Program-made: the position numbers and the translations under genes | Source of the DNA: Chiloscyllium plagiosum | Taxonomy: Eukaryota | Direction of reading: 5' to 3' | DNA length: 64,000 nt | Assembly: GCF_004010195.1 (NCBI RefSeq) | Contig: NC_057711.1 | Span: forward strand, 72,082,845 to 72,146,844 | Shown: in pieces, positions 25,181 through 37,872 of the stretch | Position numbering within the stretch: the stretch's first letter is position 1 | Layout of the letters: each line of letters starts with the position of its first letter | The notes under the pieces: model-generated | The model's input: the letters and a program-made list of their open reading frames with translations, nothing else | The model's database searches: none | What the model was told of the DNA's origin: nothing

Positions 25181-27457
25181 TTTGGTTGAGAAAAAGAAGG
25201 AAGCATGTGTCAGGTACAGACAGGATAGATCAAGTGAATCCTTAGAAGAGTATAAAGGCAGTAGGAGTATACTTAAGAGGAAAATCAGGAGGGCAAAAAG
25301 GGGACATGAAATAGCTTTGGCAAATATAGTTAAGGAGAATCAAAAGGGTTTTTACAAATACATTAAGGACAAAAGGGTAACTAGGGAGAGAATAGGGACG
25401 CTCAAAGATCAGCAAGGCGGCCTTTGTGTGGAGCCACAAGTGATGGGGGAGATAGTAAACAAGTACTTTGCATCAGTGTTTACTGTGGAAAAGGATATGG
25501 AAGATATAGAATGTAGGGAAATAGATGGTGACATCTTGAAAAATGTCCAGATTACAGAGGAGGAACTGTTGGATATCTTGAAATGTTTAAAGGTGGATAA
25601 ATCCCCAGGACCTGATCATGTGTACCCTAGAACTCTGTGGGAAGCGAGGGAAGTGATTGCTGGGCCTCTTGCTGAGATATGTGTATCATTGATAGTCACA
25701 GGTGAGGTGCCAGAAGACTGGAGGTTGGCTAATGTAGTACCACTATTTAAGGAAGGTGGTAAGGACAAGCCAGAGAACTATAGACCAGTGAGCCTGACGT
25801 CAGTGCTGGGCAAGTTGTTGGAGGGAATCCTGAGGGACAGGATGTACATGTATTTGGAAAGGCAAGGACTGATTAGGGATAGTCAACATGGCTTTGTACA
25901 TGGGAAATCATGTTTCACAAACTTTACTGAGTTTTTTAAAGAAGTAACAAAGAGGATTGATGAGGGCAGAGCAGTAGATGTGATCTATATGGACTTCAGT
26001 AAGGCGTTCAACAAGGTTCCCTATGGGAGACTGGTTAGCCAGGTTAGATCTCATGGAATACAGGGCGAACTAGCCATTTGCATACAGAATTGGCTCAAAG
26101 GTAGAAGACGGAGGGTTGTTTTTCAGACTGGAGGCCTGTGACCAGTGGAGTACCACAAGGATTGGTGCTGGATCCACAGCTTTTTTTTGTCATTTATTTC
26201 AATGATTTGGCTGTGAGCATAAAACATACAGTTAGTAAGTTTTCAGATGACACCAAAATTGGAGGTGTAGTGCACAATGAAAAAGGTTACCTCAGATTAC
26301 TATGGGATCTTGATCAGATGGGCCAATGGGCTGAGAAGTGGCAGATAGAGTTTAATTTAGATCAATGTGTGGTGCTGCATTTTGGGAAAGCAAATCTTAG
26401 CAGGACTTATACAATTAATGGGAAGGTTCTCGGGAGTATTGCTGAACAAAGAGATCTTGGAGTGCAGGTTCATAGGTCCTTGAAAGTAGACCTGCAGGTA
26501 GATAGGATAGTGAAGGTGGTGTTTGGTATGCTTTCCTTTATTGGTCAGAGTATTGAGTACAGGAGTTGGGAGATCATGTTGCGGATGTACAGGGCATTGG
26601 TTAGGCCACTTTTGGAATATTGTGTGCAATTCTGGTCTCCTTCCTATTGGAAGGATATTGTAAAACATGAAAGGATTCAGAAAAGATGTACAAGGATGTT
26701 GCCAGAGTTGGAGGATTTGAGCTATGAGGCTGAACAGGCTGGGGCTGTTTTCCTGGAGTGTCGGAGGCTGAGGGGTGACCTTATAGAGGTTTATAAAATC
26801 ATGAGGGTCATGGATTGGATAAATAGACAAGGCCTTTTCCCTTGGGTGGGGGAGTACAGAACTAGAGGGCATAGGTTTAGGGTGAGAAGGGAAAGATATA
26901 AAAGAGACCTAAGGGGCCACTTTTTCACACAGAGGGTGGTGCTTGTGTGGAATGAGCTGCCAGAGGATGTGGTGAAGGCTGGTACAATTACAACATTTAA
27001 AAGGCATCTGTGAAGCCTTGTCCTCAAGTGAGTTTTTCCACCACCATGACTGGATGTGGCTGGACTGCACAGCTTAGATTGATCCAGTGGTTATGGGAAT
27101 GTTTAGCTTTGTCTATCATTTGCGGGTGATACCTTTTGGTATGCATGTAGACCTGACTTGAAGTTCCTCCAGGTTGACACCCTATTTTTAGATATGCCTG
27201 ATGCATGCTTAGGCACACCTTCCTGCACACTTCATAGAACCAGGGTTGATTGCTTGACTTGATGGTCATGTTAGAATGGGTTTTGCTGGGCCATGAGGTT
27301 GCAGGTTGGATTAGAATATCATTCTGTTGCTGATGATGGCCTGCAGTGCCTCCTATTTGATCAGATTTTACAGGTCGATTGATAATAACAGCGCTGGGAA
27401 TCCTCTCGATGCTGGGGACATGATTGTTTATTCAACCTGAAAAAAGTGCATGCGCAT

Positions 27458-27717
27458 GGGTGGCTCAATGGTTAGCACTGCTGCCTCACAGTGCCAGGGA
27501 CCTGGGTTCAATGCCTTCTTGGGCAACTGTCTGTGTGGGTTTCCTCCCACAGTCCAAAGATGTGCAGGTTAGGAGAATTGACCATGCTAAATTACTGTCG
27601 TATTAGGTGCATTAGTTAGGGGAATGATTCTGGGTGGGTCCCTCTTCGGAGGGTCAGTGTGAACTTGTTGGGCTGAAGGGCCTGTTTCTGCACTGTAGGG
27701 AATCTAATCTAATCTAG
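27458..27717 (+). mobile_element. HE1-type SINE with internal deletion
   Basis: Head, partial core and AATCT-repeat tail. Confidence 0.88.
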
Positions 27718-28203
27718 AATTTATAGAGAAACTTTTCAAACCCAGAGCATCTCAAAGCACTTACCTGATTAGGTGCCGTTATTGAAGCAAAATTACTGAT
27801 ATAATGTCAGAAACATGGCACCTAGCTCCTGCAGAGGGAATGAGAAAATCTGTTTACGTGTTGTTACTTGAGGGATAAATATAAGCCAGCCCACCTGCCT
27901 CTTCCTCAAAATAGCGTCATAGAACCATTTCAAGAAATCTGAGAGGGCACACAAGGCTTTGAACTCCACAAAAGTCAAAATTACCGGTCTTTAGCGTTTG
28001 AACAGCATTGCTGCTTTCATCTACATAACAGTCACTGCCTCACAAAGAGAGAAAATAAATGTGCAAAATGTTTTAGAACACCTGTGACACTGAATAGGGT
28101 AACACTTTTATATGTACACATTAGTACTACATGGAGTTGGAATTATGGCAAAAACTCTAGTTTTGGCAGGATATAAAGGAAGTAATCATGGCTCGCCCAC
28201 CCA

Positions 28204-28261
28204 TTATATATCCCACCCAAAGTGCACTTCCTTTGATTTCCATGTTGGGTGGGATATATAA
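28204..28261. repeat. Perfect 17 bp inverted repeat with 24 nt spacer
   Basis: TTATATATCCCACCCAA (28204-28220) and TTGGGTGGGATATATAA (28245-28261). Confidence 0.9.
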
Positions 28262-30174
28262 CAACAATAATTTGCATTTAGGTAGCAGCTTTAATGAAAC
28301 AAAATGTTTCAAGACACTTCACAAATGAGTTATCAATTAAAAAACACCTTTAGCGCCAGGCCATATCAGGAGCTATCAGCGTAGACAGAAATACAGTCAA
28401 AAGGGTAGATTTTAAAGAGCATCTTTAATAAGGAAAGAGATACAGCGATGTAATATTGTTTCAGGAAAGAATTCCAGAGCTTGAGGCTTTGGCAGTTGAA
28501 GGCATTGCCATCAATGGGACATACAAGAGACTAAAATTGAAGGCTGCAGAGCTCAGGGAGATTTGTAAGGCTAGGGGTGGGCCAAGCAGCTGGGGGAGAA
28601 GGCCAAATAAAGGTTGGCTTACTGAGCATTTTATCCCCTGTTAGTGTATACTGTTCTGTGTTAATTTTGTTTTGCAAACGTGTATTAAGTACAAAGGAAA
28701 ATTCAAATAAGTAAAACCTAGGAAGCACTCTGTGCTTAAATTGTGTTTTTCTCCAAGAAATATTTTTACTTTCAAAACACAGAAATTCAAAATGTTAGAA
28801 GATGTACACCATAGACCTGGTAGCATCTGAAAAGAGAGAATCAAGGTTAACTGTTCAAGCATAAGACCCTTGTCTGAACCATGTAAAATATTTCCTGACC
28901 TAAATACATTCTCTCACTGAGGAAAAAAGACAATTTGTTCAATACTATTTGCTTTTATAGGTCTCAGTGACATTAGCTGCGGGCCATTTGTCATTAGATT
29001 TTTTTCCCTCCCCGTGACCTTTTATTCATTTGCAGGCAAGTTAATTTGTCGCTGCATAATCAGTTAGGAGTGGAATAGAATTGCTGTGGGGGGGATGGGA
29101 CTTGCTACATATTTCTATTTCTCAGCTCAGTAGAAATGCACTGAATTAAAGGGTCCTTGGGAGCTGCAGTTTGAGCTCAGGCGTCACCCTCCTACCATGC
29201 AAAAAAAATGCATGACAAAATGAAATATACCAAAACTACTATGAAGAGAAATTACACAGCCAGGATCTTAAAATTTTGGACCATGAAAAGCATATCACAT
29301 AGTCAAAATAGAATTAGCAGGCTGAAAGTATGATGAAGGATTTGAATTGGACGATTAGAAATGCACATTTATGAACAACAGAAATGTAGAAGTCTCTTGC
29401 TTGGGTTATCTCCAGCTTTGTTGCCCGCTAATAGGTTTTGTTTTAGTGCACAGTTGTTTTATGGGGTGCCTTCCGCCTGAAAATATTTTGCCAGTTTATA
29501 TGAATGGGGCAGTTTTGGAGTCATGCATCATGTGCTGCTTGTAATCTCTTTGAAACCAGTCAGCTTTCTGATTTAGCTTGAAGCATAAAGTGATTTAAAC
29601 ATAGCCCATATTGGGTACTGAGACTCTGAGTTTTTCAAGGCTTGTAGGTTAATTCTTTGCACAATGAAATTAATAAAACACACTGACGGGCTAAATCAAC
29701 AGATCACACATGTGATCATTTGCCATGTTTAAGGAAATTATTTAAAGAGACCAATTTTACAGGTCTGTGAAGAATAAGTTTATTTTTAACAATAGATTGT
29801 AATTTTATGACCACCTTAATGTAGAAAAATACCCTTAGGCTCAACGTACTTTAGAAATTCAAAGGGAAATAAAAGATCCTGGGGAAATTAAGTTATCACG
29901 GGATTAAAAAAAAAGTTTGATCAAAGGCACATGAGGTGTGGGGTGGAGTACCAGCACTGTTAAGGAAGTGAGGTCAACATTGAAAGGAGACAGGAATAAA
30001 TTAGTGTAGACCTTGGAATCTGCACTGAAAACAAAAAATGCTGGAAATCACAGCGGGTCAGGCAGCATCTATGGATCAGGTCATTCTGAACTGAATATTG
30101 AAGTAACAGCTTCAGATTATGAACCTACTCCTGTTCCATCCCTTTCTATTAACGTTGCTTGTTACATTCTCTGT

Positions 30175-30763
30175 GATGTGGAGGAGTTGGTGTTAGACTG
30201 GGTTGGACAAAGTTAAAAATCACACAATTCCGGGTTATAGTCTAACAGGTTTATTTGGAAGTACACTGTATTAGCTTTCAGAGCACTCCTTCTTCATCAG
30301 GTAGCTGTGGAGCAGGATCATAAGATACAGAATTTATAGCAAACGATCACAGTATCATAAAAATCACACAACACCAGGTTATAGTTCAACAGCTTTATTT
30401 GGAAGCACTAGCTTTCGGAGCACTGCTCCTTCATCAGGTAACTGTGGAGCAGGACAAAAATGACACAGAATTTATAGCAAAAGATCAAAGTATCATGCAT
30501 CTGAAATGAGACATTGAACAAACCTAGATTGCTGTTAAGTCTTTCATCCTTTGGAATGGGTTGTAGGTTTTGATTCATTAATATGTATATCCCAGAACTC
30601 CTTTTAAGTCACATTCTCAAGATAACTTAAGGTTTTATTTAAAAAGGTGACATCTCAGCTCAGACAATGTATTAAAGGTGTGAGGTTAGAGTCTATCTGT
30701 ATCCCAATCTTGAGTCAGACTGGTTCTATTTCCAAAGTAGGAATTTTTAAATTGTTACATGGA
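30175..30763 (-). mobile_element. Third Penelope-type terminal repeat family with a ~140 bp tandem duplication, each unit carrying a hammerhead motif
   Basis: Direct units 30215-30358 and 30359-30496. The minus strand has CTGATGA..GAAAGCTA twice, each followed by AATAAA. No coding remnant seen, so the Penelope assignment is inferred. Confidence 0.7.
30409..30437 (-). ncRNA. Minimal hammerhead ribozyme core (third family); damaged partner at 30272-30300
   Basis: Minus strand CTGATGA-A-GGAGC AGT GCTCC-GAAA-GCTA: 5 bp helix II, AGCT palindrome, CUA site. Confidence 0.78.
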
Positions 30764-30779
30764 TTGAATGCCTGCATTG

Positions 30780-30912
30780 GAGAAAGTGAGGACTGCAGAT
30801 GCTGGAGTACCAGAGTTGAAAAATGTGGTGCTGGAAAAACACAGCAGGCCAGGCAGCATGCGAGGAGCAGGAGAATCGACGTTTCGGGCATAAGCCCTTC
30901 TTCAGGAAACTC
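30780..30912 (-). mobile_element. Solo family A pseudo-LTR with intact hammerhead core (30878-30905) and 16 bp TSD
   Basis: TTGAATGCCTGCATTG at 30764-30779 and 30913-30928. Confidence 0.88.
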
Positions 30913-31547
30913 TTGAATGCCTGCATTGTCATGATAGAGAGATTATTGGTTTTATGTTAGTGTGAATGGGCATGGAAGTGCCATTGCTTGACATTGGGGC
31001 TTTAAGGAACCTTATCAAATGAATGTGAGGCATAACATGGCATGGATAGCTGATCAGGATTGTCCAGGGGAGTTGAGGGGTGGGAGTTTCGAGGTTTATG
31101 TTTTCAAAATAACTGGGACAAAGTCTCACAGCACCAAGATGGGCCTTCCAGACAGTTTGGCCAGTACAGAGTAGTCACTATGGCTACTTCTAGCTTCTTT
31201 CCCAGGTTGGCTGGCCTGAGTGAAGCTTGTGAATCCACCTCAACATAGAAAATCACATTTTTGTGGGTATTTTCTCCTCTGACAGGCAGTTTGAGCAGGG
31301 AATTTCTTGTCACACGGTACCCTTCAAAGATGAAAATTGAGGTGGAAATTTTATTTTAAATTTATTCTACTTCTGACCTAAGACAACCTAAGTCAACAAG
31401 TCAAGCACAGAGTTAATAGGCAAATTGGACTTGGTGTGATTAGGGACACAGACAGCAGAACCTTAGATCAGCTTAAATTTATGGCAAGTAAAGAGCAGGA
31501 GGCCAAACTGGAGAGCATTGGAATGATTATGCCTGGTTGTAACAAAG

Positions 31548-32087
31548 GAGAAAGTGAGAGCTGCAGATGCTGGAGATCAGAGCAGAAAATGTGTTGCTGG
31601 AAAAGCACAGCAGGTCAGGCAGCATCCAAGGAACAGGAGAATCGACGTTTCGGGCATAAGCCCTTCTTCAGGAATGAGGAAAGTGTGTCCAGCAGGCTAA
31701 GATAAAAGGTAGGGAGGAGGGACTTGGGGGAGGGGCATCGGAAATGCGATAGGTGGAAAGAGCTCAAGGTGAGGGTGATAGGTCAGACTGGGGTGGGGGG
31801 GGAGAGGTCAGGAAGAAGATTGCAGGTTAGGAAGGTGGTGCTGAGTTCGAGGGATTCNNNNNNNNNNCCCCCACCCCACTCTGACCCTATCACCCTCACC
31901 TTGACCTCCTTCCACCTATCGCATTTCCAACGCCCCTCCCCCAAGTCCCTCCTCCCTACCTTTTATCTTAGCCTGCTGGACACACTTTCCTCATTCCTGA
32001 AGAAGGGCTTATGCCCGAAACGTCGATTCTCCTGTTCCTTGGATGCTGCCTGACCTGCTGCGCTTTTCCAGCAACACATTTTCAGCT
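31548..32087. mobile_element. Fold-back Penelope-like insertion spanning an assembly gap; 15 bp TSD; intact hammerhead cores at 31644-31671 (-) and 31997-32024 (+)
   Basis: CTGGTTGTAACAAAG at 31533-31547 and 32088-32102. Near-identical inverted arms of ~220 bp. N run at 31858-31867. Confidence 0.92.
31858..31867. other. Assembly gap
   Basis: Ten N characters. Confidence 1.
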
Positions 32088-33554
32088 CTGGTTGTAACAA
32101 AGACCTCATAAACTTCAATAGATATTTTCCATGGAGAAATTTTCTTTGATACACATCATGGCACGATTATACTCATTTAAAATTTCCTGGAATTATATAT
32201 GCATTAATTATGCATTATAGAGAACTGTATTTGAATTTTATTACAGTGTCATTAACATATTAACCATTTTCTTATAGGCTGAAATTATTTCACATTGCAA
32301 TTGTTATTTTTATATGTTCAGAATAATCTGAACTACTGTCATTATTGCAATTATGAAGAAAGAAAAGAAAAAAATGCATATTTGTGCTCATGACCTTGGG
32401 ATGGCCCATTAATGTGTATCATAATTAATGAAGTACCTTGCACTATTATATTTGAGGGAAATATCATATTTTCTTTTGATTATATTGCTGAACTAACAAA
32501 TGGCACTGCTTTTGGGAAATATGTCTCGATATGATATCCAGCAACATGTATCTATACCTTGGCTATAATGTAAACAATTATTTTGTGTGTTTTACAGAGG
32601 ATGAGACCTAAGTGGAAGAGATTTTGTGGAAGGTAAAAAACAAAGTTAACTATGTGTTAAGGAAAATTTAAAGGATTGAAAGGTGGTTTGAGGAGAAAAC
32701 TTCACAATATTCACCTTGTGCTTAAAAAATCAGCCTCTGATGGTGAAACAGGGAGTAGAGGATATGTCATAACCCAGATTCTCAGAAGCAGAGGCTTTAG
32801 GCCAGGATATATTTGGCAGATGAACCTGCTAAAGAAAGACTATGGAGGTGAGCCTGAGGAGTTTGCAATTGGATCTGTGGGATGGATAAGGGGGAGTCTG
32901 CGCAACTTTTTAAGACAGGCATGATGTATTTGTTGGAGAAAGATCAAATGGGCTACAGACGTTTCTAGTAACTCTGAACTACTTGGGAGAAGGATGCAAA
33001 GAAGCAAGAGTAAGAGATTTTCAGAAGTCAGTCTTTTCGATAGTGAATGCGCTCTGGTATTAGCAGTGGACGAAGAGGGGAAGGGATGCAAGAAGACAAG
33101 ATTGCAGCAGTTAAATAATATTCACTTTGAACTTAACTGGATGTGGGGGAAGGATGAAATGGTGGTATTACATAGCATATGGTTTGAATGCAAGGGATAG
33201 CCTAAAAAGTTAATAAAGCTGAGCCAGAGGTACACAGGTGGTGGAATGCATGTGATGTAACAGGATCTTCCAAAGATATTTTTATTGAGATGCTCATAAA
33301 TCATCTGAACTGTGGAACAGAAAGGTTTGATTTGTATTGAGTTAGTTCCTGCCAGATGAACAGTGATGCAGACACTAAGTTGACCTGAGCAGCTCCCCTC
33401 CCCCCTCCAGGTGAGGGAGTGGAAAAGTTAATCAGGGTTTCAGCTCTTGACCAATGTCGAATGACCCCTGCTGGAAAATTATGCGTGTACAGAGATCGGT
33501 CTCAACTATGATTTTCTCAAGAGTCAAGTAGCCATTTGACATTCCATCTCGGCA

Positions 33555-33925
33555 CAGGTCAGGTACCCATTATCCATATGTCCAAAAACTGAAAAGATCT
33601 AAAACTGAATGTCTTTTTGGAAGTGGAACAATCAGATCTGGAGAACAAGCTGGATTCCTGGCCCTTGGGGGAAAAAAAACTTTGTTTGACCCAAACAGAC
33701 CTAAGAGAGAAATGTATTTTCCAACGGGTTCGACTCAACTGTTTGGTCACGCTGGAAGCAAAACATTCACTTTTAGATCTGCTGGGGTTAAGTGTGTTTT
33801 TTTCAAAAGAACCTTAATGATTCTGAACAGAGCCGAACGGACTATAGTGAACCCACAATCTGAAAATATCCTTTATCTGGAAATTAGTTTGTCCTGAGGT
33901 TTTTGGATAATGGATTTCTGAACTG
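33555..33925. mobile_element. Probable Tigger-like MITE
   Basis: Imperfect TIRs CAGGTCAGGTACCCATTATCC and GGATAATGGATTTCTGAACTG, followed by TA. Confidence 0.5.
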
Positions 33926-36220
33926 TATCAGTGTACACCCTCAGCTTATGGAATAGTACTGTAACAGAAAACATTTTAGCAAAGAGGGGGAAAAGAAGAT
34001 AAAATTAATGTAATTCTGAACAATTTTTTGTAGAAATAATGTTAAGACTGGGTTTCCAGCAGGTTGTTTACACAGATTACTACAAAATGGAGGTCATGTA
34101 TTGCTAAATTTCTGGTATGCCCTGCCAGCAGGTTAAGGTAGGTATGTATGTTTACGTGTAAAAAGGATTAAAATCTGGCATTTACAGATCATTGTCTCAC
34201 ATTGAGTCTCAGGCCTCATTATTGTTGAACCAGGAGTTGTGAATGTCTATAGGCTACACAATTCAGTTCTGCAGCACCAAGCAAGGCTTGAATTTGAACA
34301 TTGGTGGTCAAAACAGTTCCGGTCATATCTGACAAGCCTATGCGGAGTGCCCTCATACCAATGCCATGACTGCGCCAGAGGCATGCAGAGTGATTGTTAT
34401 TGTCAATCAGCCTGTAGTGCTGATTTGTCGCACAATCTGCCATTTTAAACTACACAGATCCAGTTAGTGCACTTGCATAATCCCTCTTGGCTGGACATGC
34501 CTTCAGCTTCATGAGGGACTTGAGCACTATTTAAAGAGCTAATCATCCAACTTCCAGTGATTGACTTAGAAAGCCTGCTTCAGTGATGAGAGCTATAGTT
34601 AGAGTCCCTGTAGATTGCAGCATGATTTGAAAATGGGGCACAAGCTGCACAGAGAAGAAACAGTGTGTGGAGCAGGTTGGCTCTCAATAGCCAGGAAGCA
34701 TCTTAGGGCACACTACATGTACCTCCATTCTGGCTGGAACAGTAACGTGCTTATGTCCCTCCAAGAGGTGATCATTGGACATTGCCAGTTGCTACATCCT
34801 GCACTGCTGCCTTACAGATGATGGCACTACCAGCGGCCTTCAATGTCACCATTGCCATTATTTGCTGCACCAGTGAATCCTCTTAGGCAGGAGAAAAGAA
34901 CTCTTGGATGTGCCAGGCTGCTGGAATTGCCAATGATATGGGGTGCAGTTGGCTGTACAAGCAGGGCTCTGTAAGACATTAGCAGGGAGATGGAGGTAGT
35001 AGGGACTGCAGATAATGAAGAGTCCCAACCCAAAATGTCAATTTTCCTGCTCCAATGATGCAGCCTGACCCACTATACCTTTCCAGCTCCATTTTTCATT
35101 AACAGGTAGATGTTCAGTAACTGCAAGGGCTCCCCACTCTAGAAATGCCCCTTACCAGGCACATTCACTTTGTGAATGCCAATTGTCATGACAGAAAACT
35201 CAACATCTTCTAGCTTTGTCAGTCATCAGTTCTCACTACGTAAGGCTCATCACAAAGATTCTGACTCTGGATACTGGATGGTACCTTGTTAATCACTCTG
35301 ACTGTCATTAGACCATTTGAAGACAACATGCAGCAATTAGGAATTTTGTGGAGCAAACCATCAGCATGCTAAAGTATTGACTTTGCTGCCTGTATTGCTC
35401 AGCAGGAGCACCCCCAGTATTCACCAGAGTATGATTCCAATTTCATGGTGGTCAGCTATATAATCATAACATTGCTTCCATAAGGCACTAGGCCTTTGGA
35501 AATGACCTGGAGAGGATAACGAGAACAAGGGAGAATAGATAAAAGGAAATAAAAGACCTACAGAAGATGGATCCATCACCCTTTCTTTCCTGATGAATTG
35601 AGCAGACGTCATATTTTTGTTCCATTGTGATGTGAACCCCACATCACAGTTGTTCCAGAATCTTCCATTTTCAATAGATCTGCAGCAAACAATCACAGCT
35701 TCACTGTCACTAAATTCCGAAGTAAATTCTATCAACAAAGCAATATTCCATTACAACCTTATCCAGCAACATTTCCAATAATATGTACAAAACTCCACAA
35801 TTAACCCACACGTACTCCATTTGTGCCTGCTTGCCTGGGCTAGTGCTCATACTCAATATTACTCCGGTAATTATATACAATTCCTGACTTTCACTGAGGA
35901 ATCTATAGGTGGCTTTGGAGGACAACTTCAAGCAGCTCTGAGACTTGAGGAGCTGGCTCTAGACTTCACCATCTTGTCATGGGCAGTAGTTATCTCAGCT
36001 GGTTGGGTGAAAAGCAACAGGTAAGATACTGGTGTATGCGTTGTGTAGAGAATTTCACACTATTTTCTTGCAAGAGGATACTGGCTCATGTTTCAGGGAA
36101 CCACTGTCTCTCCACCCTAGGCAGAACCCGGGAAATGCCAGTAATCCACTGAAGGACCGATATCTGAAGTGTCTTTGAATGCTGTAAGTCTGTAAGTGCC
36201 TTTGAATGCTGGTCTCCCTG

Positions 36221-36712
36221 CTATAGGAAAGGTGCTTATGAAATTTAAAAGGGTTCAGAAAAGAGTTAAAGGATTGAAGGATTGGAGCCATAGGGAGAGG
36301 CTGGATAGGCTGGGGATACTTTTGCTGGAGCTCTGGAGGCTGAGGAGTTACCTTTACAGAAGTTTATAAAATCATGATGGGCATGGAGAGGGTGGATATA
36401 CAAGGTCTTTTCCCCAGGATAGGAAAGTCTAAAACTCGAGAGCATAGGTCTAAGGTGAGAGGGGAAAGCTTTAAAAGGGCAACATTTTTGAGGCAGAGGG
36501 TGGTGCGTGTATAGAACAAGCTGCCAGAGGAAGTGGTGGAGGCTGGTACAATTACAACATTTAATGGGTACAACATGGATGGGTATATGAATAGGAAGGG
36601 TTCAGAGGGATATGGGCCAAATACTGGCAAATGGGACTAGATTAATTTAGGATAGCTAGTCGGTGTGGATGAGTAGGACGGAAGGGTCTGTTTCCGTGCT
36701 GTATATCTCTAT
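36221..36712 (+). mobile_element. CR1/HER1 LINE 3' fragment
   Basis: Same 3' sequence and tail as 8392-8895. Confidence 0.9.
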
Positions 36713-37673
36713 GTTTAAAAGAGTGTGGACTTGTGCCACCATGGTGGAAGCTTCAACAAGCTGAAATTTCATGACTCAATTTGAGCTTCCAGTGCAGCAC
36801 CCAGATAGTTTATTACAGTGGAAGCTGGGATAACAGTTAGCTGACATGCTGTACCAGTAGATTTGCAAACCCTGTGTGCACTCCATTTCCAAACTGGAAA
36901 CAATATGCTCAAAGCATTGCTTTCAATCCTGTTTCAAGTTGGAGCCAGTCTCCTCTGTGCACTTTGACAATACAAAGGGGATCTGAAGTAAGCCCATCAA
37001 TATACCAAACATGTCATTGTGAATGCCCATCAAGATTCTCCTGCTCATTGAGATATTGAATCCAAATTGATCAAAACTCAACTGCAATAATATCTTCCAC
37101 TGAGCTGGCATTTGAACCATACTTGGTATTTTAATCAATCTGCTCTAACCAATTATGGCATATTGGACTAGAACCCCAGACCTCCTGGCTCACAGGTAGG
37201 GACGTCACCACTGTGCCACAAGAGGCCCTTTTGGAATTATGCTTTCCCCCTATGCCCACTTCTATCCAGTGACTAACAGTGTGCCAATCTGACCCAGTGC
37301 AGGCCTTCACAGTTTGCACAGGGCTACTATCTAAGCTGATGGCTGCGATTGTTAGATCAAGCATGGGTGCATCTACATTGTTAGACTGAGACTATCTTCT
37401 GTGCTATAAGCACAATTACCTGTTTTGGGAGCTGGCAATCTTCAGATATGGAAGATTATGGGCTGCTGGTGTACCCAAACTCTGTCTCCTCCTTACCACA
37501 TCAGAATTAAATTCCAAGCAGGAAGGCCCATGGCTCAGCATCATGTCCTGCCGCCAATTGAGGCTCTTGCAGAGACAATGAAAGACCACTTACGGACCTC
37601 AGCTCACTACCATTGGAATTTACCACCTGCAAGTTGCCCTGTCAGCATAACCTGTGTTGGCAGCTTGTCACTT

Positions 37674-37872
37674 AGAGTCATAGAGTCATAGAGATGTACA
37701 GCATGGAAACAGACCCTTCATTCCAACCTGTCCATGCTGACCAGATATCTCAACCCAATCTAGTCCCACCTGCCAGCACCCGGCCCATATCCCTCCAAAC
37801 CCTTCCTATTCATATACCCATCCAAATGTCTCTTAAATGTTGCAATTGTACCAGTCTCCACCACTTCCTCTG
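37674..37872 (-). mobile_element. HER1 LINE 3' tail
   Basis: AGAGTCAT repeats and reverse-complement 3' UTR. Confidence 0.9.

Larger units (their letters stand above)
24867..27010 (+). mobile_element. Largest CR1/HER1 LINE ORF2 fragment (RT domain, frameshifted, 3' tail lost), interrupted by a fold-back element at 24959-25180
   Basis: ORFs 25182-26141 and 26138-27013: KSPGPD, NYRPVSLTS, SQHGF, IYMDFSKAF, SGVPQG, KFSDDTK. Confidence 0.95.

Noticed and set aside
33375..33550. Possible ancient SINE-like segment
   Set aside because: Too decayed to assign from sequence alone.
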